Assembly (NCBI GenBank): GCA_964387845.1
Contig: CAYLXA010000002.1
Coordinates: 96,001 to 160,000, forward strand
Reading direction: 5' to 3'
Length of the DNA: 64,000 nucleotides
DNA from: an uncultured bacterium
GTDB lineage: Bacteria > Omnitrophota > Omnitrophia > Omnitrophales > Abzuiibacteriaceae
Position numbers and translations under genes: made by a program. A model generated the notes under the pieces. The model saw nothing but the letters and a program-made list of their open reading frames with translations, had not been told where the DNA came from and did not search any database. Shown one piece after another: positions 45,574 to 55,847 of this stretch (positions are counted from its first letter, which is position 1; each line of letters opens with the position of its first letter).

Positions 45574-47435
45574 TCGACTCTGAATCAAACAAACTCGGAG
45601 CCGGGCATGCCGATGAGCGTTACGCTTACTTTTTGTCGGCTCCCAGCGCCGAACATTGGAAACGCATCGGCCTGCGCCGGCGCGGTGGAATTTTGGCGCC
45701 TCTTTTTTCGATTTATTCTGAAAGCAGTATCGGAATCGGGGAATTTCCGGATCTTCGACTGCTGGCAGACTGGTGCAGAGACACGGGTCTTTCCATCATC
45801 CAGTTATTACCGCTCAACGATGTCGGATTTACTTTCCGTCCTTACGATGCCGACAGCACCTTCGCAATTGATCCGATGTATTTATCGCTTGATCGCTTAG
45901 TCGGAGTTGACCCAAGGCCCCTTCGGATGCGGTCGGCGGTTCTGCGTGCGCGCTATCCTCGCAATCATTCGAGAGTCGATTATGGAATCAAGCGTGCTAA
46001 ACTGGATTTTTTATGGGAAGCTTTCGCCAAATCCGAGCACAAACAAAATTCCAGATTTCTCGAGTTTGTGCGCCAAAACGCTTATTGGCTCAGCGATTAC
46101 GCCATGTTCCGCGTTCTAAAAACTCTCCACAAAGAAAAATCCTGGGAAGCTTGGCCTGAAAAATTCAAAAGCCGAAACAAATCGGCCCTGCGAGAAGCAG
46201 AGAACGAACACAGAGAGAAAATTGAATTTCACAAGTGGGTTCAGTGGCAGGTTTTTGAACAATTTCGCGGAGCCAAAAACGATTTAGCGCAAAGAAATAT
46301 TTTGCTGATGGGTGATTTGCCTTTCTTGGTTTCGCGCGATAGTGCCGATGTGTGGTCTCATCCGAATTTATTTAAACTCGACCGCCTGGCCGGCGCGCCT
46401 CCCGATCTTTACTTTGCGTTGGGGCAGCGCTGGGGAATGCCGCCTTACAATTGGGAGAATATTGAAAGCGAAAATTTTTCTTATTTAATTGAACGGCTTC
46501 GCTACGCGGAAAATTTTTATGACTGCTTCCGTATTGATCATTTTGTCGGGCTTTTCCGAATCTGGACAATCGCAGCTGATGAACCACTTGAAAACGGCGG
46601 TTTAAACGGCGCATTTGATCCGCCGGAAGAAACGAAGTGGGAAGAACACGGAAGACGCATTTTGTCGGTCATAACTCGGAATACAAAAATGCTCCCGTGC
46701 GCCGAAGACCTCGGCGTTGTGCCGCCGTGTTCGTTTAAAGTCCTTGAAGAGTTCGGCCTGCCCGGTATGGACATCCAGCGCTGGATGCGCGACTGGGGAA
46801 AAACGTACGAATTTTTGAATGCCGAACGTTACCGGAAAAATTCCTTGTCTACCATTTCGACGCACGATATGTCTATCTTCGCTGCCTGGTGGCAATTTGA
46901 GGCCGGAACCGTCGACGAGGAGCTGTATCGGCGCGCTTTAAAAAAGGCCGGGCTTGATTTCGAAAAACTCAAAAATCACTTATTTGATATCAAGCATTCG
47001 ATGCACAAAAAATTACGGTGGAAAAAAGACATCAAAACTGTTTCAAAGTATCTTCAGATATTGCAAATTCCCGAAACTGCGGCCGGAGAGTTAATTTATT
47101 TGTTTGTGTCATCGTTTGATGAAAAGGAAAAAGCGCTCAGGTTTTTTGATTTTGAGAACGGAGCAAAATCGCCGGAAGTCCGCGAGCTCCTGAAAACCGC
47201 GATCCGTAAAAATTTGGAAACCGATTCCATTTTCAATATCCAATTAATCCAGGATTGGCTGTGCCTTTCGGAAAATTGCTTCGCCGACGCTTGGAATGCA
47301 CGGGTTAATTTTCCGGGTATAATGAGCGACCAAAATTGGTCAATCGTGATGCCGATATCGCTGGAAGAAATGCGGCAGCTGGAAATCAATCCTTTCATCA
47401 AGTCTATGGCCGAGGCTTCTTACCGCACAGAATAA
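45567..47435 (+). CDS. malQ: 4-alpha-glucanotransferase (amylomaltase, GH77) with C-terminal extension
   Basis: GTG start overlapping GH57 stop; RRRGGILAPLFSIYSESSIGIGEFPDL N-terminal GH77 signature, IDHFVGLFRIW, LPCAEDLGVVP. Confidence 0.85.
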   Translation: MLIDSESNKLGAGHADERYAYFLSAPSAEHWKRIGLRRRGGILAPLFSIYSESSIGIGEFPDLRLLADWCRDTGLSIIQLLPLNDVGFTFRPYDADSTFAIDPMYLSLDRLVGVDPRPLRMRSAVLRARYPRNHSRVDYGIKRAKLDFLWEAFAKSEHKQNSRFLEFVRQNAYWLSDYAMFRVLKTLHKEKSWEAWPEKFKSRNKSALREAENEHREKIEFHKWVQWQVFEQFRGAKNDLAQRNILLMGDLPFLVSRDSADVWSHPNLFKLDRLAGAPPDLYFALGQRWGMPPYNWENIESENFSYLIERLRYAENFYDCFRIDHFVGLFRIWTIAADEPLENGGLNGAFDPPEETKWEEHGRRILSVITRNTKMLPCAEDLGVVPPCSFKVLEEFGLPGMDIQRWMRDWGKTYEFLNAERYRKNSLSTISTHDMSIFAAWWQFEAGTVDEELYRRALKKAGLDFEKLKNHLFDIKHSMHKKLRWKKDIKTVSKYLQILQIPETAAGELIYLFVSSFDEKEKALRFFDFENGAKSPEVRELLKTAIRKNLETDSIFNIQLIQDWLCLSENCFADAWNARVNFPGIMSDQNWSIVMPISLEEMRQLEINPFIKSMAEASYRTE

Positions 47436-47438
47436 CCG

Positions 47439-47466
47439 TTTGACAAGTCGTCGGAATCTCCTAAAA
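47439..47466 (+). promoter_or_regulatory. sigma70-like promoter TTGACA-N16-TAAAAT upstream of pgk
   Basis: TTGACA 47439-47444, TAAAAT 47461-47466. Confidence 0.45.
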
Positions 47467-47497
47467 TACAGTTTTCGCTACCCATCCGGAACAGATT

Positions 47498-48691
47498 ATG
47501 AATAAGCAGACCATTTCAGATATCGATGTCAAAGGCAAGCGCGTTATTATCCGTGCCGATTTCAATGTGCCTCTTGATAAGTCGGGAAACATTACAGATG
47601 ATGCCCGCATTGCCAAAACCATTCCAACAATCAAAAATTTGCTCGAGCGGAAAGCAAAAGTTGTTTTAATGTCTCACTTGGGTCGCCCAAAAGGGAAGCC
47701 GGAGGCAGAGTTCAGCCTGGCGCCCGTCGCCAAACGGTTAACCGAACTTTTGAAGCAACCTATCGAACTAACGCCGGACTGCGTCGGGCCGGAAGTCGAA
47801 TCAAAAGTGAAAAACCTGAAAGATGGCCAAGCGCTTCTGCTTGAAAATTTGAGATTTCACAAAGAAGAAGAAAAGAACGATCCCGCATTCTCCAAACAAC
47901 TCGCTTCGCTTGCTGATATTTATGTCAATGACGCATTTGGCGCCGCGCACAGGGCACATGCATCAACGGAAGGTATCGCGAAGCATTTGCCGGCTGTTGC
48001 AGGCTTTTTACTTGCAAAGGAAATTGAATATTTCAGTAAGGCGCTCGAAAACCCCGACCGGCCGTTTGTAACGATCCTGGGCGGAGCCAAAGTTTCGGAC
48101 AAGATTAAAGTCATTGAAAACCTGCTTTCAAAAGTAGACGGGTTGTTGATCGGCGGCGCCATGGCATACACGTTTTTAAAATCGCAGGGACTGGCAATCG
48201 GAAAATCCAAACTCGATGAGCCCGGCATCGATATTGCCAAACAGATTTTAGCGAAGGCAAAGCAAGAAAAAATAGAAATTCTGCTTCCTGTCGATCATGT
48301 CGTGTCGCAGGAGATTTCTGAAAATGCCCCTACTAAAGTTGTCGACGAGATTCCTGAGGGCTGGATGGCGGTCGATATCGGTCCTAAAACCGTTCAGGAA
48401 TTTTCAAAGCGTTTATCCGCCTCCAAAATGGTGATTTGGAACGGCCCGGTGGGCATATTTGAAATGAAACCATTCGCTAACGGAACCAAACAACTTGCCG
48501 ATACATTAAGCAAGTTAAAAGCAACTACCATTATCGGCGGCGGAGACACGGCTGCAGCGGTTAAAGAATTTGGATACGAAGAAAAAATGTCGCACGTCTC
48601 AACCGGCGGCGGCGCATCGCTTGAATTTCTAGAAGGAATTGAACTTCCGGGCGTTCGTGCGCTGAACAACAAATCGAAAGCAAAGGTTTAA
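47498..48691 (+). CDS. pgk: phosphoglycerate kinase
   Basis: [25 protein letters not shown] motifs. Confidence 0.95.
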   Translation: MNKQTISDIDVKGKRVIIRADFNVPLDKSGNITDDARIAKTIPTIKNLLERKAKVVLMSHLGRPKGKPEAEFSLAPVAKRLTELLKQPIELTPDCVGPEVESKVKNLKDGQALLLENLRFHKEEEKNDPAFSKQLASLADIYVNDAFGAAHRAHASTEGIAKHLPAVAGFLLAKEIEYFSKALENPDRPFVTILGGAKVSDKIKVIENLLSKVDGLLIGGAMAYTFLKSQGLAIGKSKLDEPGIDIAKQILAKAKQEKIEILLPVDHVVSQEISENAPTKVVDEIPEGWMAVDIGPKTVQEFSKRLSASKMVIWNGPVGIFEMKPFANGTKQLADTLSKLKATTIIGGGDTAAAVKEFGYEEKMSHVSTGGGASLEFLEGIELPGVRALNNKSKAKV

Positions 48692-48692
48692 T

Positions 48693-49478
48693 ATGAATCG
48701 TCCTCTGATTGTCGGAAATTGGAAAATGTACAAGAACATTCCGGAAACGGTTTCGCTCATTAACAGCATCAAAGCCGGCGTTCATTCCGTGACGAATGTC
48801 GATATTGTCGTCTGTCCGCCGTTCACCGCGCTCGCATCAGCGTCTACGGCCTTAAAAGATAGCAAGATTGATTTGGGTGCTCAGGATATGTATCACGAAA
48901 CGGAAGGCGCATTTACGGGCGAGGTTTCGCCGTTGATGCTAAAAGATGTGGGTTGTCGGTATGTCATCTTAGGCCATTCGGAACGCCGCACGATTTTCAA
49001 AGAACCGGACGAGCTGATTGAAAAGAAGCTGCTCGCTGCAATGAAGTACAGTTTTATTCCGATTTTATGCATTGGTGAAACCTTGGAAGAGCGGGAAGCC
49101 CGCAAAGCGTTCGAAGTCGTGAAGCGTCAGTTTGACATCGCCATGGTCCACATTGATCCCAGCGAAATGGAAAGGATCGTCATTGCCTATGAACCCGTGT
49201 GGGCGATTGGTACCGGGCGCACAGCAACGCCGGAACAGGCTGAACAGATGCATTCTTATATCCGAAGATTGCTGCATGAAAAGCACGGTGACGACATCGC
49301 GCAAAAAGTAAAAATTCTTTACGGCGGCAGCGTGAAGCCGGATAATATTGCACAGCTCATGGAACGTCCGAATTTGGACGGCGCTCTTGTCGGCGGCGCT
49401 TCCTTGAAAGCCGAATCATTCATTCAAATCGTTAAAAATTCCGTTGCGCTTGAAACCCAGGAGAAATCCTCATCATGA
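48693..49478 (+). CDS. tpiA: triosephosphate isomerase
   Basis: GNWKM, ILGHSERR, AYEPVWAIGTG. Confidence 0.95.
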   Translation: MNRPLIVGNWKMYKNIPETVSLINSIKAGVHSVTNVDIVVCPPFTALASASTALKDSKIDLGAQDMYHETEGAFTGEVSPLMLKDVGCRYVILGHSERRTIFKEPDELIEKKLLAAMKYSFIPILCIGETLEEREARKAFEVVKRQFDIAMVHIDPSEMERIVIAYEPVWAIGTGRTATPEQAEQMHSYIRRLLHEKHGDDIAQKVKILYGGSVKPDNIAQLMERPNLDGALVGGASLKAESFIQIVKNSVALETQEKSSS

Positions 49479-49867
49479 CCGTTCTTATTACAGCGATTCA
49501 TATTCTCGTTTGCTTGGTTTTAATTTTAGTAATTCTATTGCAAGCCGGGCGCGGAGCTGGTTTGAGCTGGGGTTCTTTCGGCGGCGACCCGCAATCCGTA
49601 TTCGGAACCAAGTCAGCTACATTCTTAAAAAAAGCAACCACCGTGTCTGCGATTTTATTTTTATTAACCTGCATCGGGCTTAATATTATCGAGACGCATA
49701 AGTCAAAATCACTTTTTTCGACCGGTAATACGCAAGTCGACATCGAAAAAATCAAGCAGGCATTAGAGCAAGTGAAAGCCGAAGAAGCGAAAAACCCCCA
49801 GACCGCTACGCCGGCAGCCGGCGCGACAACGGAAACACCGGCCGCTGAAACCAAATCCGAAAACTAA
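49475..49867 (+). CDS. secG: preprotein translocase subunit SecG with Ala/Thr/Glu-rich C-terminal tail
   Basis: ILVCLVLILVILLQAGRGAGLS SecG signature; ATGA overlap with tpiA. Confidence 0.85.
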   Translation: MTVLITAIHILVCLVLILVILLQAGRGAGLSWGSFGGDPQSVFGTKSATFLKKATTVSAILFLLTCIGLNIIETHKSKSLFSTGNTQVDIEKIKQALEQVKAEEAKNPQTATPAAGATTETPAAETKSEN

Positions 49868-49887
49868 ACCAGCATTGACTGGTTTTT
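49867..49887 (+). terminator. weak intrinsic terminator-like hairpin after secG
   Basis: AACCAG-cattga-CTGGTT followed by TTTTTG; short stem, low confidence. Confidence 0.3.
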
Positions 49888-51976
49888 GAGTCGGCCGATG
49901 ATTCAATCTCAGACTCACGCAGCCAGCAAGCCTGTCCGATATTTAAAGGGGATTGGCCCTAAACGCTCGGAAGCATTGGAGCGCTTGGGAATCAAAACCA
50001 TCTACGATCTCTGTTTTTTCCTTCCGCGCCAATACCAAGACCGCAGCAACTTTGCCCAAATTGCGGATATACGCCCAAATACTTATGTAACCTTAAAAGG
50101 AAAGGTGTCTGCCGTGACGTGGCGCCCCATGAAACGGATCGGGGTTCTAGAATTGTGGCTTCAGGACAAAAGCGGGGCTATTCTTGCTATTTGGTTCAAC
50201 CAGCCGTTTCTTAAGAAAAATTTTCAGGAAGGCGCGGAGCTTATTTTAAGCGGAAAAGCAGAAGTTTATAAAAACCGGCTGCAAATTGTATCACCGGAAT
50301 ACGAGATCGTGGATGCGCAAGATGACGATACGGTCCATACCGGCAGGATTACACCCATCTATCCGCTGAGCGAAGGACTTTTTCAGCGTTCAGTACGCCT
50401 GGCGATGAAAGAGCTGGTTGATCATCATTTGGCCGAAGAGGTGAGTGACTACATGCCAGATGCTATCAAAAAAGAACACAAGCTTTTGAATTTGATTGAA
50501 GCAGTCCGAGAACTTCATTTCCCATCCGAATTTGACGCGTTAAAAAAAGCACAAGACCGGATCATTTTTGATGATTTCTTTTTATTCGAGCTTCAGTTGC
50601 TTAAAAAAATGCAGCAGATCAAAGAAAAATATAAAAGCGCCTCGATTCCATTTTCGGAAAGTGACCTAGAGCAGTTTGAAAAAACTTTGCCGTTCCGATT
50701 AACCCAAGGACAGCGAAAAGCCATCCAAGAAATCGGTGCCGAGATTGCATCGCCGATGCCGATGAGCCGGCTGCTGCAAGGCGAGGTCGGATCCGGAAAG
50801 ACGGTGGTTGCGGCATTCTTTTTTCAACTCGCCGCCAAATGTAAAATACAGTCTGCCTTTTTAATCCCAACCGAGGTGTTGGCAGAGCAGCATGAAGCAA
50901 CGCTTAAAAAAACACTCGAGCAATATCCGGTCCGGGTTGAGCTGCTCACAGCAAGCGTTGATGATCAAAAGCGCGGTGAAATTTTACGCGATTTGCAGCT
51001 TGGAAAAGTCGATGTCCTGGTCGGAACGCACGCCATGCTTCAGGAGTCGGTTTCTTTCCGAAAGTTGGGCTTTGTTGTGATTGACGAACAGCACAAGTTC
51101 GGCGTCCGGCAGCGAGCCCAACTCTTGAGCCGAGATCCGCGGCCGCATCTTTTGGTGATGTCTGCAACGCCGATTCCCAGGACTTTGGGGCTGACGTTAT
51201 ACGGCGACCTCAGTATTTCAACCATTCGCGAACTTCCCAAAAACAGAAAGCCGATTAAAACCGAATGGATGCCTGAAGCAAGGCGGACTGATGTCTATAA
51301 GCAAGTCAAAACCCGTATTGCAAAAGGCGAGCAGGCTTACATGATGTTCCCGATTATCGAAGAAACCGAAAGATTAGATTTGCAGGCCGCTTCACAGGAA
51401 TTTGAAAAATTAAAACGCGGCGAATTTAAGGATTTCCGTTTGGGACTGATTCACGGCAGAATGTCGAAAGACGAGCGCAATAAAGCGATGAGTGATTTTA
51501 AATCGGGCAAATTGCATATGTTGGTCAGCACATCCGTCATCGAGGTCGGCGTCGATAATCCAAATGCCACAATGATGATCATTCAACACGCGGACCGGTT
51601 TGGCCTTTCGCAGCTCCACCAAATCCGGGGCCGGATCGGCCGGGGAGAGCTAGAGTCAATTTGTTTTTTAATCGCCGATCCCAAAACGGAGAATGCCAAA
51701 ATCAGGCTTGAAGCGCTTGTCAAAACAAACAACGGCTTTGAAATTGCGGAGGAAGATTTAAAATTGCGCGGGCCCGGTGAATTTTTCGGGCTTCGGCAGA
51801 GCGGCGCACCTATGTTTCGGCTGGCCGATATTACGCGCGACTATCAAGTGCTGGAAACTACTCGGGAAAGTGCAAAGCGAGTTTTAAAATCAGACCCAAG
51901 CCTCTCCCGCGAGGACCATCGTCTTCTTGCTCGGGAATTAATAAAGCAATACGGCGGAGGCTCGGCTCAAGAATGA
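49886..51976 (+). CDS. recG: ATP-dependent DNA helicase RecG
   Basis: Wedge/OB N-terminal region, Walker A GEVGSGKT, DEQHKFG, helicase C-terminal motifs QIRGRIGRG. Confidence 0.92.
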   Translation: MSRPMIQSQTHAASKPVRYLKGIGPKRSEALERLGIKTIYDLCFFLPRQYQDRSNFAQIADIRPNTYVTLKGKVSAVTWRPMKRIGVLELWLQDKSGAILAIWFNQPFLKKNFQEGAELILSGKAEVYKNRLQIVSPEYEIVDAQDDDTVHTGRITPIYPLSEGLFQRSVRLAMKELVDHHLAEEVSDYMPDAIKKEHKLLNLIEAVRELHFPSEFDALKKAQDRIIFDDFFLFELQLLKKMQQIKEKYKSASIPFSESDLEQFEKTLPFRLTQGQRKAIQEIGAEIASPMPMSRLLQGEVGSGKTVVAAFFFQLAAKCKIQSAFLIPTEVLAEQHEATLKKTLEQYPVRVELLTASVDDQKRGEILRDLQLGKVDVLVGTHAMLQESVSFRKLGFVVIDEQHKFGVRQRAQLLSRDPRPHLLVMSATPIPRTLGLTLYGDLSISTIRELPKNRKPIKTEWMPEARRTDVYKQVKTRIAKGEQAYMMFPIIEETERLDLQAASQEFEKLKRGEFKDFRLGLIHGRMSKDERNKAMSDFKSGKLHMLVSTSVIEVGVDNPNATMMIIQHADRFGLSQLHQIRGRIGRGELESICFLIADPKTENAKIRLEALVKTNNGFEIAEEDLKLRGPGEFFGLRQSGAPMFRLADITRDYQVLETTRESAKRVLKSDPSLSREDHRLLARELIKQYGGGSAQE

Positions 51977-52557
51977 GAATCATCGGAGGAGAATTCAAAA
52001 GCCGTAAAATCAAGTTCCCAAAGTCAAAAAAAACACGTCCTGCCACCGACCGGAGCAAGGAAACGATTTTTAACATTCTCGGAGAAACAGTCCAAGACAG
52101 CCGTGTTTTGGACCTTTTTGCCGGAAGCGGAAGCTTAGGTCTCGAAGCGCTGAGCCGCGGAGCAAAAATGGTTTATTTTGTCGATTCCGGCGATTTTGCC
52201 TGCAAAGTCATTAAAAACAACCTCAAAACGTTCAAACTTTGGGACAAAAGCCGTGTTCACTGCATGCCGGTTGAGCGGGCCATTAAAATTTTGGCGAAGC
52301 GCAAGGAAATGATGAATCTCGTGTTTCTGGATCCCCCTTATAATAAAGGACTTATAAAAAAAATATTGCGCCTTCTGAACCGTTTTGATATAGTGGCTCC
52401 CTTTGGAAAAGTGGTGATTGGGAGGTCTCGTTTAGAGGATTTGCCGTTAGAATTAGGTAAATTTAAGGTGGAGCGGGATCAAGCGATCGGGCAAGCATTT
52501 TTAAGTATTTTATATTTTGATCCGAAATTATCTGTCATTCAATCTGAAGGCGCTTGA
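51973..52557 (+). CDS. rsmD: 16S rRNA (guanine966-N2)-methyltransferase
   Basis: DLFAGSGSLGLEALSRGA, LDPPY motif. Confidence 0.85.
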   Translation: MRIIGGEFKSRKIKFPKSKKTRPATDRSKETIFNILGETVQDSRVLDLFAGSGSLGLEALSRGAKMVYFVDSGDFACKVIKNNLKTFKLWDKSRVHCMPVERAIKILAKRKEMMNLVFLDPPYNKGLIKKILRLLNRFDIVAPFGKVVIGRSRLEDLPLELGKFKVERDQAIGQAFLSILYFDPKLSVIQSEGA

Positions 52558-52569
52558 GCAGTTAAAAAA

Positions 52570-53058
52570 ATGCCAGCTTCAAAACGCATCGCTCTATATC
52601 CCGGCAGTTTCGATCCACTGACCTACGGCCACCTTGATCTTATTGAGCGCGCACTTGAACTTTTTGATCAAGTACATGTCGCGATTGCGAGAAATCAGGA
52701 TAAAACAGCGCTCTTTAGCACCGAGGAACGTCTGGAAATGGCCGGGAAAGTGTTGAAAGGCAAGCGAGTTGTCGTAGAAACCTTCGACGGCTTGGTGGTG
52801 GATCATGCGAAGCGGAAAAAAATCAGGACAATTATTCGCGGCCTGAGAGCAACCTCAGATTTTGATTATGAATTTCAGATGGCGCTCACGAATCGCGGTT
52901 TGGCGGCCAATATCAACACGATTTTTCTAATGCCGTCAGAGAATCATTTTTATTTATCGTCTCGATTAGTCAAAGAGATTGCACAGCTCGGCGGGAACGT
53001 CCGGAAGTTCGTACCCGCACTGGTTGAAAAAGCGTTGAAAGAAAAGCTCTCGTTTTAA
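52570..53058 (+). CDS. coaD: phosphopantetheine adenylyltransferase
   Basis: IALYPGSFDPLTYGHLDLIERA (H/TxGH nucleotidyltransferase motif). Confidence 0.95.
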   Translation: MPASKRIALYPGSFDPLTYGHLDLIERALELFDQVHVAIARNQDKTALFSTEERLEMAGKVLKGKRVVVETFDGLVVDHAKRKKIRTIIRGLRATSDFDYEFQMALTNRGLAANINTIFLMPSENHFYLSSRLVKEIAQLGGNVRKFVPALVEKALKEKLSF

Positions 53059-53089
53059 TTTTGATTTATTTTTTGAATTAGGATTTGAT

Positions 53090-53566
53090 ATGATCATCCT
53101 CGTCGCTTCTTTGAAAGAAGGAAAGCCGGAACCGGTTGTCGAAGAGCTTGATGCGAAAGAAATCGACGTTGAATTCAGTGATTTACAGTATCTGGGTAAA
53201 ATAAAGGTCGATGGCACGGTTGAGAAAAGCATGAGCATGGTTACTTTTAAAGCCACGCTCAATCGCAATGTCAGACACTCTTGCGCCCGGTGCTTGTCGG
53301 AAGTAGACGAAAGTCTTTCTGGGCCGGTTGAATTTAATTACGATGCTTCGAACATCGAAGAGATTGACACGCTGCCGGATATCCGGGACGAACTGATTTT
53401 GTCGCATCCGGACCGGTTTTTGTGCAAAGAAGATTGCAAAGGGCTGTGCCCGAATTGCGGAACCAATTTGAACACTTCAAAGTGTAAGTGTTCTGTAAAT
53501 CCGTCGCAGAATGCTTTTTCAAAGTTGTCAAAATTAAAAAAAGAAAAAAATAAAAGTAACGAGTAG
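53090..53566 (+). CDS. yceD: YceD/DUF177 family protein (ribosomal-subunit accumulation/23S maturation associated)
   Basis: CxxC...CxxC pattern (SCARCL, CKGLCPNCG), conserved position upstream of rpmF-plsX. Confidence 0.8.
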   Translation: MIILVASLKEGKPEPVVEELDAKEIDVEFSDLQYLGKIKVDGTVEKSMSMVTFKATLNRNVRHSCARCLSEVDESLSGPVEFNYDASNIEEIDTLPDIRDELILSHPDRFLCKEDCKGLCPNCGTNLNTSKCKCSVNPSQNAFSKLSKLKKEKNKSNE

Positions 53567-53583
53567 AATCACAAGGAGTTGTC

Positions 53584-53790
53584 ATGGGTCTTCCTAAAAG
53601 GCGCCACTCAAACGAAAGAACGCGCACGCGCCGCGCGCATGATTTTCTGACGGCGACTGCACTGGCGAAGTGTGCCAATTGCGGAGCGCCGAAACTATCG
53701 CACAGAATTTGCCCGTCCTGCGGCTACTACCGGGGCAAGCAAGTCATCACCATTAAAGTTAAATCCAAGAAAGAAGACAAGGCATCATGA
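53584..53790 (+). CDS. rpmF: 50S ribosomal protein L32
   Basis: MGLPKRRHS N-terminus, zinc ribbon CANCG...CPSCG; RBS AAGGAG. Confidence 0.9.
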   Translation: MGLPKRRHSNERTRTRRAHDFLTATALAKCANCGAPKLSHRICPSCGYYRGKQVITIKVKSKKEDKAS

Positions 53791-54860
53791 TCCGAATCGC
53801 GGTCGACGGGATGGGCGGTGATTTTGCCCCTCAAACCGTAGTAGACGGCGCTGTGGACGCTGCGATCAGCTTTCCCGAAATCGATGAAATCGTCATCGTG
53901 GGAAAAGAAGACGCGATTAAGCGCGAACTTAACCGGCACAAAATTCCGGGCGGTCGAATCTCAATTCACCATGCTTCAGAGGTGGTGGAAATGGGGGAAT
54001 CACCGGTTCAAGCAATTCGTAGGAAAAAAGATTCTTCGCTGGCGGTCTGCATTAATTTACTCAAAAATAAAAAAGTCGATGCCGTCATTACAGCGGGAAA
54101 CACAGGCGCTGCGGTAGCTGCCTCAACTTTGAATCTGGGCTTACTCGCAGGTGTTAAACGGCCCGGTATCGCCATCACATATCCGACCACCCATGGCGTT
54201 TCGCTCGTAATCGACGTCGGCGCCAATATTGACCCCCACCCGGAGCACTTACTGCAGTATGCGGTCATGGCTGAAGTTTTTTCGCGTTATCTTTTAAAGA
54301 AAAAGCGTCCGACCGTCGGACTCCTCAATATCGGCGAAGAAGAATCAAAGGGAACGGAAGTGCTGCAGGAAGCTTACAAACTCATCCGGGATTCCGGCCT
54401 TAATTTTGTCGGCAATATCGAGGGCAGGGATTTCTTTACCGGCAAAGGCGACTGTATCGTGACCGACGGCTTCGTGGGAAATGTTGTCTTGAAGATGGTG
54501 GAGAGCGTGATCGAAATTTTTGTCAGCCTCATTCGAACGGAAATCAAAAAGGATGTTTTGGCGCAGATCGGTGCGCTTTTCATGAAGAATACGTTTGACT
54601 CCATCCGCAAGCAAACCAATTACGAAGAAGCGGGCGGTGCACCGCTCTTAGGGGTCGACGGAGTTGTGATGATCGGCCACGGCATTTCATCCGCGCGCGC
54701 GATCCGGAATGCAATTCGCGCCGGTTATAAAATGGTCGATTGCCAAATCAACGAGCATATCGTCGAAGAAATTAAAAAGAAAAGTTTGAAAAACGGTTCC
54801 GCTGCTAACGGCGACGAGCATAGCCGATTTAACATTGACTCGATGGACATCCCCGCATGA
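53787..54860 (+). CDS. plsX: phosphate:acyl-ACP acyltransferase PlsX
   Basis: IAVDGMGGDFAP N-terminus, PlsX core; ATGA overlap. Confidence 0.95.
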   Translation: MIRIAVDGMGGDFAPQTVVDGAVDAAISFPEIDEIVIVGKEDAIKRELNRHKIPGGRISIHHASEVVEMGESPVQAIRRKKDSSLAVCINLLKNKKVDAVITAGNTGAAVAASTLNLGLLAGVKRPGIAITYPTTHGVSLVIDVGANIDPHPEHLLQYAVMAEVFSRYLLKKKRPTVGLLNIGEEESKGTEVLQEAYKLIRDSGLNFVGNIEGRDFFTGKGDCIVTDGFVGNVVLKMVESVIEIFVSLIRTEIKKDVLAQIGALFMKNTFDSIRKQTNYEEAGGAPLLGVDGVVMIGHGISSARAIRNAIRAGYKMVDCQINEHIVEEIKKKSLKNGSAANGDEHSRFNIDSMDIPA

Positions 54861-55843
54861 GCCAAGACCCTGTTTGCATTCTCGGGGTCGGCGCAAGCCT
54901 TCCTCCGAAAATCCTTACCAATGCCGATCTCGAAAAAATAGTCGATACGACTGATGAGTGGATCCAGACCCGCACCGGCATCAAAGAACGCCGGATCGTT
55001 GAAAAAGGGGTCGGCGCCAGCGACCTCGGTTCGGAGGCAGCTCAAATCGCGCTCAAGCAAGCCGGAATTTCTGCGACTGATTTGGATTTAATTATTGTCG
55101 GCACTGTCACAGCCGACATGATTTTTCCCTCCGCTGCATGTCTCATCCAGAAAAAGATCGGCGCCAAATGCCCGGCTTTTGACGTATCGGCCGCCTGTTC
55201 GGGTTTTGCTTACGCACTTGGAACCGGCGAAGCTTTCATCAAAGCCGGAGTGCATCGGTATGTCCTGATCGTTGGCGCCGAAATTACATCATCATTCGTA
55301 AACTGGAAAGACCGATCGACCTGCGTTTTGTTTGGGGACGGCGCGGGCGCTGCTGTTCTCGGCCGTAAAAGCGACGATGGCCACGAGGTTCTTGCAAATT
55401 TGCTTGGAGCCGATGGCAATGAGGCAGACATTCTCAAAATCCCTGCCGGCGGATCGATATGCCCGATCAATGAACAAGTTATGAAAGATGGGTTGCAGTA
55501 TCTTAAAATGGACGGCGCAGAGGTTTTTAAAATTGCTATCAAAACGATGGGTGATGCAATTCAGCAAGTCTGCAAAAAAGCCGGGTTGACGTTAAACGAT
55601 ATTGATTGCCTGATTCCACACCAAGCCAATATGCGGATTTTGAATGCAGTTGCCGATCGCGTTAAAATCCCTGCAGAGAAAGTATTTATCAATGTAGACC
55701 GTTACGGTAATATGTCGGCCGCATCAACCATTGTCGCGCTTTACGAAGCAGCCGAGCAAAAGGTCATTAAGAAAGGGTCTATCGTGGTTTTGGTCGCTTT
55801 CGGCGGCGGTCTAACCTGGGGCGCTAGTGTGATTCGGTGGTAA
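54857..55843 (+). CDS. fabH: 3-oxoacyl-ACP synthase III
   Basis: Active-site AACSGF Cys, HQAN, GGGLTWGA. Confidence 0.95.
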   Translation: MSQDPVCILGVGASLPPKILTNADLEKIVDTTDEWIQTRTGIKERRIVEKGVGASDLGSEAAQIALKQAGISATDLDLIIVGTVTADMIFPSAACLIQKKIGAKCPAFDVSAACSGFAYALGTGEAFIKAGVHRYVLIVGAEITSSFVNWKDRSTCVLFGDGAGAAVLGRKSDDGHEVLANLLGADGNEADILKIPAGGSICPINEQVMKDGLQYLKMDGAEVFKIAIKTMGDAIQQVCKKAGLTLNDIDCLIPHQANMRILNAVADRVKIPAEKVFINVDRYGNMSAASTIVALYEAAEQKVIKKGSIVVLVAFGGGLTWGASVIRW

Positions 55844-55847
55844 TACT

